From positions 59,584,001 to 59,648,000 of the forward strand of contig NW_024704743.1 of the NCBI RefSeq assembly GCF_018977255.1: 64,000 nt of DNA. Direction: 5' to 3'. This document shows positions 36,743 to 50,808 of the stretch, one piece after another (position 1 is the first letter of the stretch; every line of letters starts with the position of its first letter). A program made the translations under genes and the position numbers. The notes below the pieces were generated by a model. The model made no database searches. It was given only the letters and a program-made list of their open reading frames with translations, and was not told where the DNA came from. The stretch comes from Callorhinchus milii. Lineage: Eukaryota.

Positions 36743-39700
36743 CGACCCAAGAATATGCACATAATGAGTGTACTTCATTTGTGTCTATGTATTCACTTAA
36801 GCTTGCTTCATTAAATTCAAGAATTGGTCCTCACTAGAAGAAACTTTTTTTTAAAAAAAAGCCTCAAGTGGTGTAGTAGCAATTCTGATTAAGTGTAAGT
36901 TTAAAAGACCTATTATCCCAATGTACTGTAACTACAATTCAGTTCAGATCTCAAGTTGGTCTTGGTTCTCTGCATGCAAGTCACTGTGTTGACAATTTTT
37001 GAGGGTTGAATCCTCATTTACTGGGACAAGAAACATACAAATGTACTTCAGCAGTTAATTTAGCCCGTCTCAGGAATTGGCTACTGTTTTTAATGAGTGA
37101 ATCTCGGGTTTGACATGACTGATCAAATTAATTCCAGCTGTCTTTCCCAGCTAAACGAGTCTGTAATGTAGTTAAGGTTGCTAAGGAATTTCTCTATTTA
37201 CTCCTGTGATAATGACTGCCCACTTTTGCCCATTACTCCTCTGTTTACACAAACTATATGCTTCGGCACAAAGACCAAACCATTTATCAAAATTAAATCC
37301 TAGGAATTTTTAAATTATTATTTGCCTCAAAATGGGAGTAAATATGGATTCAGTAATTGGGATCTGAAAATTGATCTGTCTGTCAGGCTGGTCTATTGTA
37401 TTAGCATTCAAACAAGAATAAGTGTTTTTATTCTGAAATTAGTTTTTGCATTTTATTCAAATTTTAAATTAATAATAGTAAACAATTATTTTGCTTGTAA
37501 AGCATCTTTCATTAACTCACATTTTTGGAATATTGGAGGCTTGAAGGGTTATTGGCCCTAAGGCAGGGCTTTGGGAGAGAATGAGCATCTTGCTTTGACA
37601 GTCGGTGTGGGCTCGATATTGTGCTGTAAATTTCTATGATTCCATGCATCTTCCATTGTATCTGCCCTCTCCCGGAATTCGATCCCTCACATCTTTCAAG
37701 TTCCGTTTCAAGATCTGACACTTTCACCGGACTTTAGATCATCTTTCCACTTCCCACCCCTCCTTCAGTGCGGATGCAAAGCCAGGACTGTTGAGCTGGA
37801 CTTCCTCCTGACATGAAAGGCCCCATATAAATGTACATTTATACTGTATTTTACAATTTGCAGTGAAATACTTTGAATTGTTTCAGCTCTCTCGAAACAT
37901 CAATGCACTGGATGTTTTATGATGGTTGTACATTCCTCTATGTATATAAAAGACTATGACAAAGAGCTGTTTCTGGAAAACAAAACAGCATCTAGCGTTA
38001 CTCCTCAAAGTGGTTTGACTCTTATTTGAAGTGGGTGGGCAATGGGGAAGACAATTATCAAAAGAGCAGCCCTTGATAGAATGTGTTGATGTCGTACACT
38101 GCAGCTCGTGGTGGGAGCATGTGGGATTTTTCCTACATTTCTATGCGCAGTGGAATGAGGAGTCTGGAGAAGACAGACACACTGGAGCCAAATCACTTCC
38201 ACGGGGAGGAAGGGAAAAACCATAGCCCAGACATTTGCAATGTGTTATGTATTTTTGTTTCTTCTTCCCCTGCAAACACAACTTGTCTTAATCATCCCCC
38301 TCTTTCACAACATATATTTTCTCTTGGTATTTTGTGTCATATGGATATGGATTTTTCGTTTATGTTGGAGATGTGGTAGAGTCCTTGTATGCAAGACGTT
38401 AAAACAAATGAATCACTGATGCCTTCGAGTATAAGTTATAACTTGGGAAATTATATTTGTGCCACTGTAAAATGAAAGTGGTAAATATCAGGATGGGCCA
38501 CACTGGTGGTTGTTGTTTGGAATTCTTTCAAACCATGTTTCATAAAATTACTTTAATTATTAATTACCTCATACCTCATTGTGTAAACCTGGTTTCTCTT
38601 TGGGGAAAAGACAGGTGAATTGGGCCAAATGGCTTGCTTATTCTGAGAACCATCACAAGGATGATGATCTGCTGCACATTTGTCTGGTTCTTATAATGTG
38701 AAAAAAAAACACATTTGTTTCCATTCATGTCCTTTGCTTTCTCTGATACATAGGCAAGCAATTCCATTTAATTCTTCTTGATACTTTTCATGGAAAATAT
38801 TTCAGCCTCATACCTTGTCAAATCTCGTCTCTGAGACAGTAATACCTCAAGCTACAGGTGTGTCCAAATGAATTGGAAAGATATAACTACATTGATGTCA
38901 CAGCATGGAAACAGGCCATTTAGTCCAACTAGTCCACACCAGTGTTTATACTCCACATGAGCCACATTCCTTCCTATTCCAAACTCCCTGCAACAAACCA
39001 TGAACTTTAATTATTTTTATATAATTTCATTGGCTTGTAACATCTTGGTAGCACTTCACTAGTAATTACTGCCAATAGTAATTACTATTTTCAGGTAAAC
39101 ACAGAAGCATCTTGCACCCGCAAGATCACCCAAACAAGTTTTGCAATTATTACAGTGAAAGAATAATGAAATCATGAGAGGTTTGGATGAAGGTGGTTCG
39201 GCCCATTTCAACTCATCCTTCCACAATACTCATCCTGCTGGCTTTCCATTACACCATCAAGCTGTTTCTTAAATATTTGAGTCCAGTTTCTTGGACATAA
39301 CTATTCTCCCTGGTAACCAGTTTGTTATTATTAATAATCCTTGCCTTTGATATAGTGTCTTTCATGTCAGGAGAAGGTCTCAAAGCACTTCACAGGATTA
39401 CTGTCGGGCAAAGTGTAAGCTGTGTTTTGCAGGCTTCTATCTTGTCAAATCTTGCCTCTGAGACAGAATTACATCAAGGTACAGGTGCGTGTTAATGAAT
39501 TGGAAAGATATAACTACATTGATGTCAGGTAACGCAGCATGGAAACAGACCATTTGGCCCAACCTGCCCACACCAGTATTACCTGGTAATGGTAGCTAGT
39601 TTGCATGTAGCAATGTCCCACAATCAGTGATGAAGTGAATGACCAATGTTTTCTGGGGATTTTTGGCCAGGACACTGTGAGACACTGCCTTCTCTTTTCA

Positions 39701-40739
39701 AACAGTGGATGTCACTGCAAATATCATTCTAGACTGGATATGAACAATTGTTAATGCTGATGCAAAACTGATTATTGTTTGTTTTCTTCATCTTTTAAGT
39801 TTTTGGTGACAAACAGTATTAGGTCAGGCCGTTATTTTTTTTTAAAAATTAAACTTTTATGATGTTTTCAGCCTCTAACACAACCTGCCAAGCACCAATG
39901 TGACAATTGGCTTTTCTCTGGATCCTAGTTTGCTTCTGTTGGAAATAAGTGGGTGCAGCAATAAGTTAATTGTAAGTCATTTGATGTGAACTACAGGGAT
40001 TTAATTTAACCATTTCAATACTGAAAATAGTTGCTTTTTTGCAATATTTGTAAAGCTTTTGTCAGTGCTGTCTCTTTTTGTTATATACCTATTTGAGTGC
40101 CTCCTGAACAGTTTATTTCCCCAACTGCTGAGTTCCAGTTCTCATCTGGTTGGCAATTTGACAAACCTCTTTGCAGCCAGTTGCAAAGCTTCCTTTTCCA
40201 CACACCATCTTGCTTAGAAAATGGTGTACAGTGCTGAATAATTTTCTCTCCTGTGTGCTTTTGCTAGATCTAGCACCCACTAGTGCTGTCTAAAAGTGGG
40301 ATATAATTCAGGATTTTCAGGAGCTGTGCAGTTTGACTACTAATTAGATAATATCACTGAGTTACTAGAAGAGAAAAGGAAGAATACATTTAAGATTTTA
40401 GCTTTCAGCAAAATCCTTTCACATTTTCTTTGTTGCACCTGGTGTTAAACTGGATTTTGTGAAGAGATTTATGGAGTAAGTATCAACAGACTAGGATTAG
40501 AATGGTTACACTATACAACACAGCTCATCTGAATTACCAACCCAAATTACTTGACAGGGTCTTGGTCTGAAGGTCTGAACTCATAGAATGAGTATGGTAG
40601 ATGAACTAGCATTAAAATACTTTACATTTCTCAATACAACATTGCAAAGGCAGAAATGTGTTTTGTAAACTTTCATGGCTGAAAAATTTTATCCTACTTT
40701 TTGTAAATCTAATTGCAACAGAAGTGTACTAATATGAGA

Positions 40740-41560
40740 ACAACAACTTGCACATATATGGAGTCCTCCAAGCAGGGCAGGGTCTCAGAGAAGCTTAAGA
40801 GTGGCAGAGGCTGATTCCAAGCTGGGTGGGGGGAGGTGGCCATAAGCACGGTCGAAGAGGAAGGTTTTCAGGTAGGACTTCAAAAAGGAGAGGGGGGGCA
40901 AAGCAGAGGGATTGAGGGAGAGTGTTCCAGAGTTTTGGGGTGTAGTGGCTGAAAGCTGACAGCTGGGGTTCAAATCGGACGCCTAGATTGCGCACTGGTT
41001 CAGTGAGTCTGAAGGTGAGCCCGGGGAGGTTGAGGAGTTCAGATACGCAAAAGCGAAGACGTTGACGGGAGCCAAGGAGTATGGCTTCCGTCTTATCCAC
41101 ATTCAGCTGCAGGAAGTTTTGACTCATCCAGGCCTTGATGACTGCCAGACAAGCTGATAGAACATCAGTGGACCTGGAGTTGGTACTGGAAGAGGCAAAG
41201 TAGATTTGTGTGTCATGTGGAAGTTTACCCCATGTCTGTGGATGACATCGCCCAGAGGGAGCGCATAGATAAGGAAAAGAGGGTCAGCGATGGAGCCCAT
41301 AGATGACCGGGTGGGGGCGGGAGGAGAAACCATTGCTGAGATGAAATGGAAGTGATTGGTTAAGTAGGACTCGAACCATGCGAGTGCGGTCCCACTAAGA
41401 TGGATGAGGGAGGGGATGGTGTGATCGACTGTGTTGAACATGGCAGAGAGATTCAGGAGGACGAGGAGACGATAGAGGATGTCATTTGTGACTTTGACAA
41501 GTGCTGTGTGGGGGCCATGGGCAGGGCGCAAACTAGACTCCATGGACTCGAGGGAGAAGG
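40740..41560 (-). mobile_element. L2 LINE RT fragment with internal deletions
   Basis: ORFs with TALVKVTNDIL, LNLSAMFNTVDHTI and MSQNFLQLNVDKTEAILLGS...VRNLGV. Confidence 0.88.
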
Positions 41561-42202
41561 TATTATAGAATGAATTCAAGTGTCTTGGCATTTGAAAATC
41601 TCAGTATATAATGGACAAGCTGCAAATTCAGGTCGGGAGGACGTCCCAGTGCCTTGGGATGTCCTCCTGACATGAAAGGTACTATACAAATGTAACTTTA
41701 TTGTGTTGATTAAGATGAGTGTCAAACACCAGGCTGACCAAAATAAAATCAAGTGAGTGACCAATATTGACCAGCAGACTAAGTAAACTACTATTTTTAA
41801 GTAGTGCTACAGCATCTTTGACAGTCACTTAAACAGGCAGATGAGACACCAGTTTAATATCTAATCTGAAGGATTACACCTTCAACAGTACGGCCTCTCA
41901 TTGGAGTGTCAACCTGAACTATAAAATCAAAATCCAACCTGACTCCTGATTCAGGCTGACACTTCATTTGCACAATGATGGTGGAAAGTGACAATGTAAA
42001 TACAGAACAATTTTTCATTTTGGTATAAGAATCCATAATAAGGGGATGTTTAAACAAAAGGCAAGTGTCCAAGAAGTAACTATTTTTGTAGGCAACTAAA
42101 ACAGCTAATAGTTCAAAATTCTACAGCCTGCAACGACCAATTTATCTGGTGGACCTTTGGCTGGGATACAAGGAGAAACACCATTCTCTTGAATAGTGAC
42201 AT

Positions 42203-42524
42203 GGAATCTGTAGCTGTAGCTGAGTGGTTAGAGCACTCGCTTTGCAAGCGAGAGACCTGAGTTCAATTCCAGGCAGAGGGCGAAACCTTGGGCAAGTTTC
42301 CTTACTCCACACAGAGCCTAATAATAATCCTTCCAAAACAAAACAATAATAAATTGGTCATTTTTAATCTACGACTGTTTGTGGGACATTGCTGTGCGCA
42401 ATTGGCTGCCACGTTCGCCCACAAATATACAGTCAATTCACTTTACAGTGTGTTCTGTGAAGCGCTTTGGGACGTCCTCCCGACGTGAAAAGCGCTATAT
42501 CAAATGAAAGGATTATTATTATTA
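42203..42524 (+). mobile_element. Near full-length tRNA(Ala)-derived SINE inserted in an antisense older Deu SINE
   Basis: Head TAGCTGAGTGGTTAGAGCACTCGCTTTGCAAGCGAG, (ATT)n tail. The host Deu core reads GAATAGTGACATGG | ATCTTTAA across the insert. Confidence 0.88.
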
Positions 42525-42894
42525 TCTTTAATATTCATCTGAGCATTCCTTACAATAGTAGAAGAGGAGGAAGGAGGAAAGCTGAAGAGCTGATTACCTA
42601 ATGTCTAGCTAATTTTAGGTTGCTCCAGAAGCTGGGAGGGAGGAGATCAAAGGAGGAAAAACTATAGGTGCAAATCAATTACTCTTTACAAACAAGAATC
42701 CCAATGGCGTGAATCATATTACCTCTGCTAAATCAAATGCTAAATCAACTGGTTTCTAAAACCACACCCATGCATTTTCTACCATAGTATTAGCTCACAA
42801 GTAATTAAAATAGTCTTACCTTCACTGGTTTTCAATTTGTTGACTTGCTTGTTTCTGTTGCAATGCTTAAAATCTCTGCCTTTTGATGTCAATG

Positions 42895-42900
42895 TTTATT
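42895..42900 (-). terminator. Candidate polyadenylation signal of SLC25A13 (3' UTR ~1.5 kb)
   Basis: TTTATT on + is AATAAA on -. A closer ATTAAA lies at 44245-44250. Confidence 0.45.
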
Positions 42901-44416
42901 TACCAAAGCATTTTTCAGATGCTATTTGTGGAGAATTTAACACAATAAGTTGATGTGGTGTTTGTATCCAGTTCTTCTGTGCTGGTTTCACCTTATCCAT
43001 TAAGAGATGTAACCACCGTCACTGTTGTATTTACATGTGAATACAGTACAGACTACAGAACCTGATAGCTGAATGGCTGCACATAGTAGTAAAATACAAT
43101 TCTCTATGTGGAAAGGAACAGGAATCAACCTTTTAAAGCCAAACGCACAACTGACATGAATCAACTGATCTATATAATCCTGATGAAATTGGAATGGATC
43201 ATCATCTAACCTGCAGTAAATCTGCCTGTAGAATAATGTAGAACTACTGATTGACCCTGTTATAAGGTGATATATTAACTCTGTAAGGTAATGCATCCAT
43301 AGAAGAACTAAAGGCTATCAGTCCCCCTCCCGTGACGTTAAGTCACCGCTGACATCACGTCCAGTGCAGATTGAACCCAGATTTTCCTAAAAGAGCAACA
43401 TCTTCGAGTCAACAATGTTTCAACAAGAAAACATTATGTTTGGATTGCATTTAATGGTCGTTCATAACTAGACTGACTAGCAGCTACTTTTGCTGTCTTG
43501 TGATTTCACTCTACGAGAAAATGCAGTACAATGCTTAGGAGTATACGTCAGAGGCAAAACGGAAATGCTTGGAGTTATTTTCAATCCAAACCCCAACAGC
43601 AAAAGATTGCCATGTACTGGTAATCAGTAGCCTGTGTCATATCCTCATTCACAGCTCAAACACATGTGTATCCTCATAGACATCACAGGGTTTACTGTAC
43701 TGAATGAAGGAGAGAATAAGTAGAGAATAATGGCGCTGTTCCCATTAGATCTTTTTCACACAAGGTCCACAATTGTAGGCACGGATGGTAGATGATGATG
43801 CACTGAAGAAATTAAATTTCAGTTGAAAATTTGAATATATTAACCTCAACAACAACTTGCATTTATATAGTGCCCTTCACATGGGGTAGCGTCCCGGAGG
43901 CTTAACCTCCTGTGGGAAATGTTGAATTTTCCACAATTTCCAGTAAAACAGGTTTACGGAAATTTACTTTGATGGAAATATACTTTTGGCCAGTATAGCC
44001 AGTTTTGGAGCATTTTGAGTACGAAGTACATTATTTTAACATTACATTCCAATTCTCCAGTGTTTCACCAACTAAGAGGCACATTCAGCTGGGAGCCACA
44101 GTCTCCATTCATTGTACCATAAAACTGAGCAGAGGATTTCAGAACTCAGCGTTCAATGGTGCTTGCTACTTGATCAGTAATTGTTTCCTTATTATTGGGA
44201 CATTCACAGACATAAAATGTCTCAGGTTAAAATTAAAATGGATTTTTAATAAAACCACTAAGTAGAAACCATTCAGGCAAATTTGCATTCTGCAACAGCG
44301 ATTTGTACACCAAGATCTCAATCTAAAATCATTCATTATGCTGCTGGAGGTCCATAATCTTTGGAGCCTGAAGGGTTCATACTTCCCTTCATTTCATTTG
44401 TTCGCACAAGAAGTCT

Positions 44417-44591
44417 TTAGGATTGTGAGGTAGGAACTTCTAAATTGGATGATGTGAATTTTGGTAGGCAAAGGCCAAATCGTTTTTCAATTCCAGTAAA
44501 TGTATCAACTATCCTGTTATAGCCACCAATGTGGTCTGGATTAGAGACAGGTAACCTTGGTCGTGCTGTTGGAACTGCTCTGGAAGGTTTG
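44417..44591 (-). CDS. SLC25A13: SLC25A13 terminal coding exon (~exon 18), (V)KPSRAVPTARPRLPVSNPDHIGGYNRIVDTFTGIEKRFGLCLPKFTSSNLEVPTSQS*
   Basis: cAG acceptor at 44593-44592, TAA at 44419-44417, 175 bp. NPDH.GGY...TF.GIE..FGL.LP.F is the aralar/citrin C-terminal domain. Confidence 0.92.
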
Positions 44592-44669
44592 CTGTTATTT
44601 GGGGGTTGGAGAAAAGGAAAGAGAAAGAATATTAGGTCTTAAGAACAGGTCATTTCAAGAAAATACACA

Positions 44670-45400
44670 GAATACAATCATTCCACTTTACAGTATATCC
44701 TGTGAAGCGCTTTGAGATGTTTCAGTGAAGTGATAACGTCAAATGCAAGGATTATTATTAAAGTGGTTTATTACTTATTCTCTCCTTGCCAGACTCCCCA
44801 ACTTCTCTCTACAAAAATGGTAAACTATCCTGTGTCCTCTCCAGCACCAGGTTCTGCAAGCTTATAATCCACTCACAAGGTATACAGGCACTCCATTTTC
44901 CAGCATATCCTATGAAGAGCTTTGAGATGTCCTCCTGACATGAAAGGTGTAATATTAAATGTGAGGATTATTTAATATCACCCCACCCCTCTTTGCTTAG
45001 CTCCACTGGTTCTCCATTCCCCATTGGATTAAATTCAAGATCTTCATCCTCACATTCAAATCCTTCCATCGTTTTGCTCAACCCTACCTCTAAGACCTGT
45101 AATCTTACTGACCTGTCCACTTGCTCTGTTCAGCAAACTCAGCATTCAGTCTGCTTCAATCCATTCCAGCACTGGTGGGCCAGCTCTCAGCCATTCTTCC
45201 CCCATCCTCTGGAATTCCATCCCGGAGCCCCTCCATCTCATCCCCTCCTTCCTCATTTTTGAAGCCTGCTTTAACATTTACCTCTTTAATTGTATTTTCG
45301 GTCGTCTTCTGACCCCACCCATTTCAGCTCTCTCCCCCGCCCCTCCCCCCCCAGTCAAAGTGTCAAGTGCTTTGAGACATCCTCCCACTACATAAATGAT
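44670..45400 (+). mobile_element. Cluster of SINE tails and a decayed L2 3' fragment in the last SLC25A13 intron
   Basis: Tails at 44670-44760 and 44905-44972, and a LHWF..P..IKFKIFILTFKS L2 frame at ~45000-45065. Confidence 0.7.
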
Positions 45401-45489
45401 ATTATGTAATCTTTACATTTAACATTACGCAGGATTTAAGCACTCTGAGACGCTACCCAGTGTGAAGTGTGCTATATAAGTGCAAGTTG

Positions 45490-45825
45490 TTGTTGAAAGA
45501 GTTTGGTGAGGTTTGCATAAATAGGCTTGTTTCCACTTGTTGGGGAGCTGTAATCAAGGGACACAAGTATAAGGTAGCAACAAGAGGATCTAAAAGAAAA
45601 TTTAGCAGGTTCATGGAGGGTAGCGAGATTGCGGAACTCACGGCCTGAAGCAGTGTTTGAAGCAGATAGCAAGGGTGCTTTAAGAGGAAGCTAGACCTTC
45701 ATGTGACAGAGATGGGAATAGAAGGGTATGGGAGAGAACTAGGACTGGGTTGAGATTTAGGTGGATTACAAACATTGGCATGAACTGAATGGGCCAAATG
45801 GCCTGTTTCTGTGTTAGTCTATGTA
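45490..45825 (+). mobile_element. Decayed CR1 3' fragment
   Basis: GGGTATGGGAGAGAAC...ATGGGCCAAATGGCCTGTTTCTGTG. Confidence 0.65.
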
Positions 45826-46521
45826 TAAACTACGTAGGTGCCCAGACTGCAATCTAGCGAATGTGGCTCAGACTTTTAATGTAGAGTCTATTCCCGTATC
45901 CAGGGGTTTTACTGATTTCACTGCATTACCCATTTTGTGTAAGGTCAAGTGCTGCACAACAGAGAGAGAGACTGACTATGAGATTGCTTGGTGCTGCTGG
46001 CACTAAGTGCCACAGCTGAAGTGGATATAGTTTGAATGGTGAATGGAGGTTATCAATCACACCACCAATCACTGTTGCAGACTGACCAAGCATATATCTT
46101 GTTAGCAATCATCTTAATACACTGAAAGCAATCTAACATTGAGAATGTGGTACCTACCTGCCCTGCCGAAGGATAACTAAACTAAATTATTCATGTAAAA
46201 ATCAGCTACCCGCTTACAGACAATGGTCTAAATTGCAAGATTCACAAAAGGATTGGTAACCAGAAAATTTTAATGTGGCGTGGCTGACTATCTGAAACTC
46301 TCTCAGATACTGACTTTACAGAAGTCAGAACAGAGATCAGCGTCTGAGCCAAGTTCTGGAGGATTGGCTGAGGTGAATCTGGGATTCACTTGTTATGAAT
46401 CATTCTGACACTTTCGCAATTTAGAATTTACTGAACAATGAATATCCTCAAAATAAACTTGTGTGGAGTTTTACGGAAACCATATTATTTAAATAATATA
46501 CATCGAAAAATGAAATACTTA

Positions 46522-46629
<108 letters not shown>

Positions 46630-47473
46630 TTACTGGTGTTATTTTTTTATTTGCTCAGTTGAGTGTTTGACACATAAAGAAATCCATTACCACACATAAG
46701 AACATCCAAACAGACAGAGTTCCACATAATGTCACCTACATCTGCAGGTTTCTGTGTCTGGAATGATGCAGGGACTTACCTAATTCTGAAAAGTATTGAG
46801 CTTCAGGACACGAGAGTGTGTGTTGAGGGACCAGTACATCATCTGGAAGCAGACGCACTGCAATTGTATCAGAAATATCCTGACCCAGATATACCGAGTT
46901 CATCTCTTTTGATATTATTCATTACATTGATGAATAGATCAAATTAGGTGGTTTTTGGGCATCATCCAGTTGTTGATCAGCCTTGGGCGAGTTGATGGTT
47001 TCTGGTTTTGATCTGCTAGACCCTCGCCATTATCTGTCCTTTATACCAGAGGCTTTTACAAACTTGGCATTTATGCTGTCTGCACCTGCTGCCTTACTTG
47101 ACCAAGGCGATGCTGTGCAGAGTTCACTTCCTTCCAGCAGACTGGATCTTTGATCTACTCAACTGCTCTTACCAGCTTTTCTCCTTTCTACACAGACAGA
47201 TCTATACGATGACTGGTTGGGTCAAACACCAACTCACCAGTGCTCCCTCGAGACCCCAGTGATACCCTCATGGGTCTTTTGTAGGGCAATAGACAGATTC
47301 AACATTGGTACCAGGCCAGAGGGGCCCCTCTGACCATTACCGATGACAGATTTCAGCAAACAGAAGAAAACATTGGGATTGTCCTTGTCTAGTTGCGATC
47401 CATTACTTACAAAATGTTAAATCACATTAAATATCTTCAATTAAACAGAAATAAAATCATCCTCCTTGTGCAC

Positions 47474-47632
47474 CTGCTGTTCCTTTCCAAAACGCAGTTG
47501 GACCCTCTTGTGAAAGGATCTTGCGAAAGCAGTCAAACACCCCGTTGTACTTGGTCTGCCCTTCCCGCTCAGTCACCTGTAACCTGGTCTTGATAACATC
47601 GGCAGGTGTCACCAGAGAGGCTGCTGGCATCC
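47474..47632 (-). CDS. SLC25A13: SLC25A13 coding exon (~exon 16), (G)[52 protein letters not shown]
   Basis: cAG at 47634-47633, GT at 47473, 159 bp, phase 1/1. Carries the carrier signature PxDxxKxR (PADVIKTR). Confidence 0.94.
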
Positions 47633-47982
47633 CTGAGATGGAAAACAAAGAGGGCTTAAAGAGAAACGTTATATACACAGCAATAATAATCCTTGCAATT
47701 GATGTAGTGCTTTTCACATTGGGAGGAGATCTCAAAGTGCTTCACAGGATTTACCATAAAATATAATGACCATGCATTTTTAAGCAAATGTTACAGTCAA
47801 TTTGCACACAGCGATGTCCCACAAACAAACAGCCATAAAGTGAAGTGCTTTTGACATAGCACGTTTCACCTCGGCAGAATGTTTCAAAGAACTACTCAGG
47901 ATTTACTCTAAAGTGTACCGTGTATTTGTAGATAAAACGGGGCAGTCAGTTTGCAGTAAATAATAATAATAATCCTTGAATA

Positions 47983-48295
47983 ATAATAATAATAATCCTT
48001 GCATTTGATATAGCGCTTTTCACGTCAGGAGGACGTCCCAAAGCGCTTCACAGAACACACTGTAAAGTGAATTGACTGTATATTTGTGGGTGAAATACAG
48101 CAGCCAATTGCACACAGCAGTGTCCCACAGACAGTCGTAGATTGAAGTGACTAATTGTATTATTGTTTTTTTTTCTCGAGGGATTATTATCAGACATATG
48201 GAGTAAAAAAACTTGTCCAAGGTTTCAGCCCTGCTGGGAATCGAACCCAGGTCTCTCGCTTCTGAGGCGAGTGTTCTAACCGAGCTACAGGACTC
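47983..48295 (-). mobile_element. Near full-length tRNA-derived SINE nested in an older Deu SINE
   Basis: Reverse head GAGTCCTGTAGCTCGGTTAGAACACTCGCC...GGTTCGATTCC, (ATT)n tail. Older SINE pieces at 47680-47980 and 48296-48375. Confidence 0.88.
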
Positions 48296-48719
48296 TGAAT
48301 GACAAATTTTATTAAGGGAATTGTTGGCTCGGATTCTGAGAGAAACTCCTTTCTTTTCGAATAGTGCTATTGGGCTTGCAATACCTGAAGTGAGGGGTAT
48401 GGATAAGGTCAATAGGAACGTTTAGTCCTGTTTTCTTGCTATGTAATGCTATGATGTCAGAGGTGCCCTTATGGCCTGGAAGGTAGCCATTTTAACTTCC
48501 TGTTCTTAAAAAAAGCAGATTTCCAGCTGATCAGGTTACCAACGTCATGTCCTGTTTTGCGCATTCACAGCAAACCACAAATTATGGCACGGTGACCCGA
48601 TGATCTGAAAGGCCATAATTTTCTTTTAGTTTGGGAATGGGAGCAGACCATTTAGTGCACACATTTTTGCATAGTTTTTGATATGTATTAACTCTGATGG
48701 TATGTGGAGTAGAAGGAAC

Positions 48720-49290
48720 AAAGAAAAAATATTTGGAGTAACCAAATATTATTCACGAGCTGTACAGTTCTCTGGTTAGGCTGTAGCAAGAGTACATTGT
48801 ACAGTTCCATTCACTGTGACATAGGAAATAACAAAGCTTTAGTCTAGAGGCCGTATAGAGGCTGATCTCCAGTGTTGGTAAGATGAGTTAAGAAGAAAGA
48901 AACTGTGGGAATAAAGGAATCAATGCTAATCAAGCAGATAAACTAGGGCTTTTCAGCCCTGAAAAGAGACATCTCAGAGAGGGCCATAAAGAGGTGTGTA
49001 AAATGTTTTAACATAATACAGTAATCCCAGAACAATACTTCCAGATATGTCGAGGCCGTCCAGAATCAAGTTTGTAAAAGGCACCTGTAGGTCAGTCATC
49101 AGGAAGTATTTCTTTACACAGATGGGTATCAACATCTGGAATCAGTTTCCAAGAAGGGTAATTGAGGGCAGGACTCTGGACTCACTTAAGAAATAACTTG
49201 ATTCTGGAGCTGGAAGATGAGAGGGTGGATATTCTGAAATAATAAGACTGAATGTGCTGAAGGGCATTCTTCATCTGAATTTCTATTGTA
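48720..49290 (+). mobile_element. Decayed CR1 3' fragment
   Basis: EYIVQF, LGLFSPEKRHLR and FFTQMGINIWN remnants. Confidence 0.65.
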
Positions 49291-49727
49291 AGTTTTTAAA
49301 TTGCTCCATATTTGCAATCAAACTATCCAGTGCATTGAAAAGATGCACAAAAGTTTGTATAACCAAGTCAGAGTTTTAGAGGAATTGGTTCAATTTAAAA
49401 TTGGAATTGATTCAGTTTCACAATCACGATACCAAACATCAAAATTCAGCCAAAGCACCAAAAATCTGATGTACACACAGTGCAAAATAAAACTAAATAT
49501 TAAGAAAGATTTGAATCTTCTCCATATAAATTCAAGAAAGGAATGTTGAAAATATCAAGGACACAACGAAAGAGCTTGCATTTTAACAGCTCATATCAGA
49601 CTGAAAATCTCACTCACAGTGCTTTACAGAAATTCCTGTCATGTGTAGTAATTGTTTTCGTAAGGAAACTCCTATGTTGATACAAAACTATGGATTTTTA
49701 AAAAAAATGCTGCAGATTCAGCAATCA

Positions 49728-49980
49728 TAATAATAATCCTTGCATTTGATATAGCACCTTATTACGTCTCTGAGACATCTCAAAGCACTTCACAGAATAT
49801 ACTGTGAAGTGAATTGACTGTATATTTGTGGGCGAAATGCAGCAGCCAATTGTGCACAGCAGTGTCCCACAAACAGTCGTGGATTGAAGTGACCAATTTA
49901 TTTTTAAAAAAATTTTAAGGAATTATTTACCCCCGGAAAAGTAATACCCCAATCGACTAGCAACCGGATTCCTACTTACT
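49728..49980 (-). mobile_element. SINE lacking head (same family as 5639)
   Basis: Reverse complement of 5760-6010. Confidence 0.85.
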
Positions 49981-50669
49981 TCCCATGAATTGAACATTTA
50001 AAAGAAAAAATACTCTGTGCAAGGTCAGCATTTGCAGGATATGTGCATGACTGTGGGTTCTGGTTGCCCATGTGAGTCCATTCACATTCTGTGCAACTAA
50101 ACCTCATACAAGCCCAAGAGCTGAGCTGCTGCATTGCTCTTTATCACTTACAGGGATACACAGATATCTCTTTTGTGTGATATTTTGCTTATTTTACTAG
50201 ATTCTTCCTTTAAAAAAGGCAATTTTGTACTTTTCATCCCATTGTAATATTTTAGATCTATGGTGTGTGTTACAATTGACCTTCAGACCAACAGACCTCA
50301 CGGAATAATTGACGTTTACTCTGGCGGGTGATCAAGCACAGATTCAAGCACAAAGTACTGTGGCACTTTACCAAAATTACAATAATTTCCATGTCTGTTT
50401 TGGTCCAAACCAAAGCAGTCTAACTAGAGACACAAACTTAGATCAGTCTGCTTTTTATTACATTTATTGATATTTAACAGCTTTTCTTGAAACCAAGATG
50501 GCTTGGCTCAAGAAGAAAACAAACTAGGAACAGACTCTCTCTTTTTATACATAAAAATATCTATTTATTACAGAAATAGTCATGGCACCAGCGTATGCCA
50601 CAACATTTAATGAAGTGACCACAGTGCAGGCAAGAGGCTAAAAGTACAAAAGGACATGTGGGTGCTTAC

Positions 50670-50808
50670 CAGCCACAGCTCCTGCCAAGAGCATATTCCA
50701 AGGGCTCACCAGGCCATCTTTATCTGCCAGAGCTATTTTTATGTGAGCGTAGCTGGGGAAGTAGATGGCAGAGAATGGGATATCACGCATAAAACAGGCC
50801 TTCGCGCC
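50670..50808 (-). CDS. SLC25A13: SLC25A13 coding exon (~exon 15), [46 protein letters not shown](G)
   Basis: cAG at 50810-50809, GTAAGC from 50669, 139 bp, phase 0/1. [11 protein letters not shown] motif. Confidence 0.94.

Noticed and set aside
46960..47200. Possible RTE-type LINE remnant on - (KAAGADSINAKFVKASG)
   Set aside because: A single motif with no supporting neighbours that I could read, too weak to list.
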